A program made the translations under genes and the position numbers. A stretch of DNA of 64,000 nucleotides, taken from NCBI GenBank assembly GCA_965221375.1, contig OZ244883.1, positions 1,107,893-1,171,892 on the forward strand. The letters are read 5' to 3'. Shown one piece after another: positions 57,547 to 64,000 of this stretch. The DNA is from an uncultured candidatus Porisulfidus sp. (lineage in GTDB: Bacteria > Pseudomonadota > Gammaproteobacteria > Poriferisulfidales > Poriferisulfidaceae). Numbering within the stretch: position 1 is the first letter of the stretch; each line of letters starts with the position of its first letter. The notes beneath the pieces were generated by a model that did not search any database, was not told the DNA's origin, and saw only the letters and a list, made by a program, of their open reading frames with translations.

Positions 57547-58236
57547 TCAATAGTGAAAATCGCTCTTCTTCAATCTGAAAAACACAAAAAGATTTACGTC
57601 TGTCACCGGCACAAACAAAGGGAAGTAACTGCCTTTTACATTTGTGTAAGCCCTCATGATTCGGATCAGGTTTTGGCAAGAATTGACATGTTCCCGAGTC
57701 ATCATCAAATCAATATCTCTCGACGACTTCCCATGCAACCTCATTGCTTTTTTTCTGCCGACCAGCTGCCCGAGTCTCCACGCCCAGCCCGGGTCACAAG
57801 GAATCGCGATATCTAACTGACCCTCTTCCTCCAACAGACCCACCCATTTCAGCAGGGTCCCCTCCGGGTCATCTACATGCTCCCATACATGCGAAGCAAT
57901 AACTCTTGAAAACAACATCCCTTTTTCACTGAAGAATTTGTAGTCCGGATCCTCCTCAAAGAAATGTTTCTTAATCTCCATATCCGAAATGTCGGTGTTT
58001 TTATCAAAAACCTCGTGCGAATCACTCATCCAATATTCCTCAACACCTTCCAGAGAAACCACCGAACCATGGGGTTTCGCGGCACCGCCTATTTCCAAAA
58101 TCTTTCTGTTGACTTCGTTGGGAACATTTTTCGACAGGATTCGATGGTTTTGACGCATCGCCAATCCCTGCAGACCTGTATACAAGTAGTCATCGTATAC
58201 ATCGAAATGAAAATTCTTTTTTTCTGTAGAAATCAC
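57547..58236 (-). CDS. class I SAM-dependent methyltransferase (low-GC, likely acquired)
   Basis: 229 aa; motif I-like LEIGGAAKPHG, post-I acidic, VIASHVWEHVDDP. Markedly AT-rich codon usage compared with neighbours; flanked by AT-rich spacers. Confidence 0.6.
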   Translation of the reverse strand: MISTEKKNFHFDVYDDYLYTGLQGLAMRQNHRILSKNVPNEVNRKILEIGGAAKPHGSVVSLEGVEEYWMSDSHEVFDKNTDISDMEIKKHFFEEDPDYKFFSEKGMLFSRVIASHVWEHVDDPEGTLLKWVGLLEEEGQLDIAIPCDPGWAWRLGQLVGRKKAMRLHGKSSRDIDLMMTREHVNSCQNLIRIMRAYTNVKGSYFPLFVPVTDVNLFVFFRLKKSDFHY

Positions 58237-58349
58237 GAGTGCCCTTCCGCTGAATTGCGCAGGATATAGCTTTTATTTTACTTAACCAACACCATGCCAA
58301 TAAATCCACATATCCCCAAGACTATGGGCAAAGATCGCGCTATTGCCTG

Positions 58350-59906
58350 TCACTCCCATTCCACCGTCGCCGGCGGTTTGCTGGAGATGTCATAGCACAC
58401 GCGCGCAATGCCATCCACTTCATTAATAATGCGTCGGGCGCAGCGGTCGAGAAATTCATCCGGCAAGCGCGCCCAACGGGCGGTCATAAAATCCTGTGTC
58501 TCTACCGCACGCAAACTGACAACGTAATCGTAACGGCGCCCATCGCCCATGACGCCGACCGCCCGCACCGGTAAAAACACCACAAAGGCTTGTGCAACCT
58601 GATCATAGAGATCAGCGGCATGCAACTCCTCGATGAAAATACGATCGGCCGCGCGCGCCAATTCCGCATATTCGGCTCGCACTTCACCCAGAATGCGCAC
58701 CGCCAGTCCCGGTCCCGGGAACGGATGACGACCGATCAATTCCGCCGGCAACCCCAGCACCCGACCGATTCGCCGCACCTCATCCTTGAACAATTCGCGC
58801 AACGGCTCCACCAACTTCAGATGCAACGTCTCGGGCAGCCCTCCGACGTTGTGGTGCGATTTAATTAAATGAGCCTTGTTGGTCGCAGCAGCAGCAGATT
58901 CGATTACATCCGGGTAAATCGTGCCCTGAGCCAACCAGCGCACATTGGGCAGTTGCTCGGCCTCCTCCTGAAACACATGAATAAATTCACGACCGATAAT
59001 CCGTCGTTTCTCTTCGGGCTCCTCGACACCGGCCAATGCCTGAAGGAACCGTTCCCGTGCATTGACCTGGCGTACTTGGACGCCGAGTTCCCCGAAGGTT
59101 TGCATGACCTGCTCCGCCTCTCCGGCACGCAGCAGACCGTTATCCACGAACACACAGGTTAATTGCGAGCCGATGGCCCGACCCAGCAACGCCGCCACCA
59201 CCGAGGAGTCCACACCTCCCGACAACGCCAGCACCACTCCGTCTTCTCCCACTTGGGCACGTACTGCCTCGATGCGGTCCTCCACAATCGCGTCCGGCTG
59301 CCACAGGCCATGACACTGGCATTGCGTGCGAACAAAATGCTCGATTAATCGGGGACCCCCGGGGGTGTGCGTGACTTCCGGATGAAACTGCAGACCAAAC
59401 CAGGGCTTGGATTCGTGGGCAATTGCCGCGATGGGTACGCTTTCCGTCGCCGCCAACACCCGAAAACCTTCCGGCAAGGTGTCGACATGATCGCCATGCG
59501 ACATCCATACCGGTACTGAGTCTTCCTCACCGAGGGCATCAAGTAGCGCGTGGGGTCCCTGCCGCTGCAGGGTGGCATGGCCGAATTCTCGGCGTCGACC
59601 GGCATGGACCTGAGCCCCAAAACGCCGGGCCAAAGCCTGCATGCCGTAGCAGATTCCCAGAATCGGCACCTCCGACTCCAATACCACTTCCGGCACTGGT
59701 GGGTGAGCATCGGAGGTGGTGGTCTCGGGGCCGCCGGACAAAATAACTCCGCGCGGCTGAAAATCACGAATCCGCTGCGGCTCTGCGTCGCAGGCGTAGA
59801 TTTCGCAGTAGCAACCGGCTTCCCGGATTCGCCGTGCAATTAACTGAGCATATTGCGAGCCGAAATCCAAGACCAGGATCCGCTCCCCATGAATGTCCAC
59901 CGACAC
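58350..59906 (-). CDS. guaA: GMP synthase (glutamine-hydrolysing)
   Basis: 518 aa; GATase ICYGMQ, PP-loop SGGVDSSV, C-terminal KPPATIEWE. Confidence 0.95.
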   Translation of the reverse strand: MSVDIHGERILVLDFGSQYAQLIARRIREAGCYCEIYACDAEPQRIRDFQPRGVILSGGPETTTSDAHPPVPEVVLESEVPILGICYGMQALARRFGAQVHAGRRREFGHATLQRQGPHALLDALGEEDSVPVWMSHGDHVDTLPEGFRVLAATESVPIAAIAHESKPWFGLQFHPEVTHTPGGPRLIEHFVRTQCQCHGLWQPDAIVEDRIEAVRAQVGEDGVVLALSGGVDSSVVAALLGRAIGSQLTCVFVDNGLLRAGEAEQVMQTFGELGVQVRQVNARERFLQALAGVEEPEEKRRIIGREFIHVFQEEAEQLPNVRWLAQGTIYPDVIESAAAATNKAHLIKSHHNVGGLPETLHLKLVEPLRELFKDEVRRIGRVLGLPAELIGRHPFPGPGLAVRILGEVRAEYAELARAADRIFIEELHAADLYDQVAQAFVVFLPVRAVGVMGDGRRYDYVVSLRAVETQDFMTARWARLPDEFLDRCARRIINEVDGIARVCYDISSKPPATVEWE

Positions 59907-59908
59907 AA

Positions 59909-61390
59909 TCAGATCTCGGTACGGTAGTTTGGCGCCTCTTTGGTAATCAGCACGTCATGTGCATGGCTTTCACGCAAGCCTGCCGAAGTCACTCGCACCA
60001 GCTTCGCCTGGCGATGCAGATCGTCTAGCGTGTGGGCGCCCACATAGCCCATGCCGGAACGCAAGCCTCCGATCAGTTGGTGCACCACGCCCGAGAGCGG
60101 CCCTTTATAAGGCACTCGACCTTCAATGCCTTCCGGCACCAGTTTCGTGCGCTCGGTGCCATCCTGGAAATAGCGCTCTCCGGAACCCTGCTGCATGGCT
60201 CCGATTGAACCCATGCCTCGATACAACTTGTAGGAACGCCCCTGAAACAGTTCCACTTCACCCGGGGCTTCGCGAACCCCTGCCAACAGGCTGCCAATCA
60301 TGACAGTGGAAGCTCCGGCGGCCAATGCTTTGACGGCATCGCCCGAATAACGCACACCGCCATCCGCAATGACCGGAATCTTTCGTTTCTTCAACGCCGC
60401 ACAGGCTTGGGTGATTGCCGTAATCTGCGGTACTCCGACTCCCGCCACCACCCGCGTCGTGCAGATGGAGCCCGGGCCGACTCCGACTTTGACGGCATTG
60501 GCGCCGGCATCGGCCAAAGCGGTCGCCCCTTCCCCGGTGGCCACATTGCCCGCGATAATCGGCATTCCCGGATAAGCGGCGCGAATGTCGCGCACCCGCT
60601 GCAGAACCCCTTCGGCATGACCATGCGCACTGTCGACCACCACGACATCCGCCCCGGCAGCCACCAGCGCGTCGACTCGATCCATGCCCGATGTGTCGGC
60701 TCCGGCTGCCGCCCCCACACGCAAGCGCCCCTGCTCATCCTTGCAGGAGTTCGGATAGTCTTTGGCCTTTTGAATATCCTTGACCGTCACCATGCCGCGG
60801 AGGTGAAAATCCTGATCCACCATCAACAGTTTTTCAATGCGGTGTTCGCGCAGAAGATCCTGCACCGTTTCCAAATCGGTTCCTTCAGGTGCGGTCACCA
60901 GACGCTCTTTGGGCGTCATGACCGTATCCACCGCACGATCCAGATGGGTTTCGAAACGAACATCGCGATGCGTGACGATTCCGACCAATTCATCGCCATC
61001 GACGACCGGCACTCCGGAAATATTGTGGGCCCGTGTCAGTTCCAGCACTTCGCCGATGGTCGCCGAAGAGTGAATGGTCAACGGTTCGCGAATGACCCCG
61101 CTTTCGAATTTTTTGACGCGGCGCACCTCATCCGCTTGCGCCTCAACACCCAAATTTTTATGAATGATTCCCAAGCCGCCTTCCTGCGCCATCGCAATGG
61201 CCAACTCCGCTTCCGTCACCGTATCCATGGCCGCCGACACGAACGGCATATTCAGTTCGATTTCCGCCGTGAGCGGCGCAATCAGATTGACATCACCAGG
61301 CAAAACCTTCGAGTAACCGGGCACCAGCAACACGTCATCAAACGTCAGCGCTTCTTCCAAAGGTTGAACCATACGCTCCGATTCCATCAA
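59909..61390 (-). CDS. guaB: IMP dehydrogenase
   Basis: 493 aa (possibly starting 6 codons in at [13 protein letters not shown]); CBS pair, catalytic GSICTT loop. Confidence 0.93.
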   Translation of the reverse strand: MMESERMVQPLEEALTFDDVLLVPGYSKVLPGDVNLIAPLTAEIELNMPFVSAAMDTVTEAELAIAMAQEGGLGIIHKNLGVEAQADEVRRVKKFESGVIREPLTIHSSATIGEVLELTRAHNISGVPVVDGDELVGIVTHRDVRFETHLDRAVDTVMTPKERLVTAPEGTDLETVQDLLREHRIEKLLMVDQDFHLRGMVTVKDIQKAKDYPNSCKDEQGRLRVGAAAGADTSGMDRVDALVAAGADVVVVDSAHGHAEGVLQRVRDIRAAYPGMPIIAGNVATGEGATALADAGANAVKVGVGPGSICTTRVVAGVGVPQITAITQACAALKKRKIPVIADGGVRYSGDAVKALAAGASTVMIGSLLAGVREAPGEVELFQGRSYKLYRGMGSIGAMQQGSGERYFQDGTERTKLVPEGIEGRVPYKGPLSGVVHQLIGGLRSGMGYVGAHTLDDLHRQAKLVRVTSAGLRESHAHDVLITKEAPNYRTEI

Positions 61391-61470
61391 AAACTATAAA
61401 TTCGTGCGGGTATCATAGTCTATCCGTAGAAAATACGCCGTCTCAAGCCTCTGCAAACCCGGCCTTCATC

Positions 61471-62349
61471 ATGCCCATTTCCGCTCCTCTGACCGCTGTT
61501 ATCCGCCTGGTTCGCCTGGATCGCCCCATCGGCATCTGGCTGCTGCTGTGGCCACCCCTGTGGAGCCTGTGGCTGGCCGCCGAAGGAATGCCGCCTTTGG
61601 ATTTGCTGGTGATTTTCGTGCTCGGAGTGGTGTTGATGCGCTCCGCCGGCTGCGCGATTAATGACTATGCCGATCGGGATTTGGACCGCCGGGTCGCGCG
61701 TACCCGCGACCGCCCTCTGGCGCGAGGCGACTTAAAACCCGAGACGGCTTTATGGGTTACCGCCGCCCTGTTGCTGGCAGCGTTGGGGCTGGCATGGCTG
61801 CTGCCTCTTCTCAGTCTGGTGCTGGCGGTGCCGGCTGCGTTGCTTGCACTCACCTATCCGTTCGCCAAACGTTTTCATCACCTTCCGCAGCTTCATCTGG
61901 GCATTGCCTTTGCCTGGTCCATTCCCATGGCCATCACAGCGGTCACCCATGCCTGGCCGCCGGTCTGGGGCTGGTTGCTGTTTACCGCCACCGTGCTGTG
62001 GGTGGTCGCCTATGACACGTTGTACGCGATGGCGGATCGCGCCGAAGATCTGATCGCCGGCAACCGCTCCACCGCCATTTTGCTGGGGGAGGCCGACTTA
62101 GCCGCGGTGGCGCTGCTGCAGAGACTTTTCATGATCGCCCTGATTTTGCTGGGCCTGCAGTTGCACTTGGGTATCGCCTATTACCTTGGACTCGGCGTCG
62201 CCGGCGCCTGCATCGGCTGGCAGTTGCGCATTGCCCGCAGCCGGCAATCGGCCCACTGCTTCAAAGCGTTTACGAACAATGCCTGGGTCGGCGCCGCGAT
62301 TTGGGTCGGCCTGGTTGCAGCCTTGTGGGACACTCCGTCGGGTATGTAG
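61471..62349 (+). CDS. ubiA: 4-hydroxybenzoate polyprenyltransferase
   Basis: 292 aa; NDYADRDLD Asp-rich motif, multiple TM helices. Confidence 0.9.
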   Translation: MPISAPLTAVIRLVRLDRPIGIWLLLWPPLWSLWLAAEGMPPLDLLVIFVLGVVLMRSAGCAINDYADRDLDRRVARTRDRPLARGDLKPETALWVTAALLLAALGLAWLLPLLSLVLAVPAALLALTYPFAKRFHHLPQLHLGIAFAWSIPMAITAVTHAWPPVWGWLLFTATVLWVVAYDTLYAMADRAEDLIAGNRSTAILLGEADLAAVALLQRLFMIALILLGLQLHLGIAYYLGLGVAGACIGWQLRIARSRQSAHCFKAFTNNAWVGAAIWVGLVAALWDTPSGM

Positions 62350-62381
62350 GCGCACATATAATGACAAGCGCAATTTGACCC

Positions 62382-63374
62382 TTGCTTCCCATGCCCGCCT
62401 CCCCTCCTTTGCGTTACGACTGGACCTCTCAAGAGATTCAGAAACTCCTGGGGCTGCCCTTCAATGATTTAATTCATCAGGCCCAGACACTGCACCGCCG
62501 TCGTCACGATCCCAACCGAGTACAAATCAGCACCCTTCTGTCCATTAAAACCGGAGGCTGCCCCGAGGACTGCGCCTACTGCCCGCAAAGCGCCCATTAC
62601 ACCACGGGACTTGAACGCGAAAAACTGCTGGACCTGGACGCCGTGCGCGTCGCCGCCCGTCGCGCAGCGGATCAAGGGGCCGAACGTTTCTGCATGGGGG
62701 CGGCCTGGCGCGCCCCGACCGATCAGGACCTGGACGAAGTGATTCAAATGATTGAGGTCGTCCGCCAGGAAGGCCTGGAGACCTGCGTGACGCTGGGCAT
62801 GTTGACCCAGCCCCAGGCCGAACGTCTGGCCGACTGCGGATTGGATTACTACAACCACAACCTTGACACCTCCCCGGAGTTCTACGGCGAGATCATTACG
62901 ACCCGTACCTACCAGGCGCGCCTGGAGACGCTGCAGCATGTGCGCGAAGCCGGCATCCGGGTCTGCTGCGGAGGAATTTTGGGCATGGGCGAGTCCCGCG
63001 CCGACCGCGCCGGTCTGCTCATGCAGCTTGCCACGCAAAACCCCCATCCGGAATCCGTGCCGATCAATATGCTGATCCGGGTCGAAGGCACGCCTTTGGG
63101 AGAAGCCGCCGCTTTGGATCCGTTGGAATTTGTGCGCACCGTCGCCACGGCGCGTATCGTTATGCCCGACTCGACGGTACGCCTGTCCGCCGGACGGGAA
63201 GACATGAGCGACGAACTGCAGGCCTTGTGCTTTCTGGCCGGCGCCAACTCCATCTTTTACGGCGAAACCCTGCTTACCACCCCCAACCCCAACATGCACC
63301 GCGACCAGGCCTTGTTTTCCCGCCTCGGCCTCAATGCCCCGCTCGATGAGATGTCAGCGGCCACGGATGCATAA
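62382..63374 (+). CDS. bioB: biotin synthase
   Basis: 330 aa; radical-SAM [19 protein letters not shown]. Confidence 0.93.
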   Translation: MLPMPASPPLRYDWTSQEIQKLLGLPFNDLIHQAQTLHRRRHDPNRVQISTLLSIKTGGCPEDCAYCPQSAHYTTGLEREKLLDLDAVRVAARRAADQGAERFCMGAAWRAPTDQDLDEVIQMIEVVRQEGLETCVTLGMLTQPQAERLADCGLDYYNHNLDTSPEFYGEIITTRTYQARLETLQHVREAGIRVCCGGILGMGESRADRAGLLMQLATQNPHPESVPINMLIRVEGTPLGEAAALDPLEFVRTVATARIVMPDSTVRLSAGREDMSDELQALCFLAGANSIFYGETLLTTPNPNMHRDQALFSRLGLNAPLDEMSAATDA

Positions 63375-63464
63375 CTGTTTTTCTGCTGGATGTCACACCC
63401 AAAAATCGCTTGACTCCCTGCCCTGTGTGATAAAAACGGCCGAGGCATCCTTGCCTTGCCGACC

Positions 63465-64000
63465 ATGAAAGACTGGCACCAGCCGCGCCCCACCTCCATG
63501 CAAAGGCAACGCCTGTTGCGGGGCACATCCGATGCACACGCCGACAGCTACGACGGCTCCCCGTCCCTGACTTTCTGCGACAACGACTACCTAGGATTCA
63601 GCCGTGATGCTCGCGTGTGCGAGGCCATGATTCAGGCGACTCGCCGCTACGGGGCCGGCTCCGGTGCATCGGCCTTGATTACCGGTTATACCGACCTCCA
63701 CCGGCAGCTAGAAGAACACCTGGCAGCATTTACCGGACGCGATCGGGCACTGGTCTTCTCCTCGGGCTATCTGACTAACCTCGGCATCCTGCAGGCCTTG
63801 GCAGAACGCCATGATCGACTGGTGGAAGACCGCCTGAATCACGCTTCGCTTCTGGATGCCGCGCGTTTGTCCCGAGCCCGTTGCTGGCGCTTTCAACATG
63901 CCGACGCAGCCGATGCTGAACGATTGGTGCAGACCCATCAAGCTCAATTTTTGGTGACGGACGGAGTCTTCAGCATGGATGGCGATGAAGCTCCCATCAC
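63465..64000 (+). CDS. bioF: 8-amino-7-oxononanoate synthase, N-terminal part (runs off window end)
   Basis: Hand translation from ATG 63465: MKDWHQP...FCDNDYLGF...SGASALITGYTDLHRQLEEHLA...VFSSGYLTNLGILQAL...FSMDGD, class-II aminotransferase BioF pattern; follows bioB. Not in the ORF track (no stop in window). Confidence 0.85.
   Translation, partial: MKDWHQPRPTSMQRQRLLRGTSDAHADSYDGSPSLTFCDNDYLGFSRDARVCEAMIQATRRYGAGSGASALITGYTDLHRQLEEHLAAFTGRDRALVFSSGYLTNLGILQALAERHDRLVEDRLNHASLLDAARLSRARCWRFQHADAADAERLVQTHQAQFLVTDGVFSMDGDEAPI

Noticed and set aside
60407-61399. 330-aa + strand ORF antisense to guaB
   Set aside because: guaB on the minus strand is unambiguous; the + frame is His/Arg-rich antisense.

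Overview
This 64 kb window looks like chromosomal DNA from a methylotroph-like proteobacterium; GC content is roughly 55% overall, with spot counts ranging from about 40% to 60%. It is densely coding with mostly housekeeping genes, on both strands. Lipid synthesis: fabD-fabG. Proteolysis and translation: infA/clpA, nudix-mnmA, tadA. TCA and purines: acnA, fumC, purB, purL, guaBA. Amino acids: aminotransferase-hom-thrC, leuA. Stress: surE-pcm, yqaA, nlpD-like. Cofactors: moeA, moaE, ubiA, bioB-bioF. Several blocks stand out. First, a complete tetrahydromethanopterin (H4MPT)-linked formaldehyde-oxidation module (fae, CitG-like orf7, ATP-grasp orf5, mch, a second ATP-grasp, mtdB, beta-RFAP synthase mptG), plus an unusual fusion of a 6-pyruvoyl-tetrahydropterin-synthase domain with an N-terminal zinc-ribbon-like domain. 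Second, a tmRNA (ssrA) gene with its promoter and terminator, followed directly by a lower-GC segment (about 34.1-42 kb). That segment carries a class-II Fic protein, a TonB-dependent receptor, TonB, a di-haem cytochrome c peroxidase lipoprotein and ExbB-ExbD-ExbD. Third, a ferredoxin gene translationally coupled to a stand-alone AddB-type Fe-S nuclease, convergent with a family-4 (Fe-S) uracil-DNA glycosylase. Fourth, a hipBA toxin-antitoxin pair plus a low-GC methyltransferase inserted between tadA and guaA. Fifth, a LivFGHMK-type ABC transporter operon headed by an AMP-forming acyl-CoA synthetase. Sixth, between pcm and yqaA-nlpD, a membrane-anchored coiled-coil (DUF1640-like) protein whose gene holds about 420 bp of in-frame 33 bp and 54 bp tandem repeats. 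No rRNA, tRNA, CRISPR array, transposase or integrase was found. Every family assignment rests on motif recognition from memory; no database search was run.
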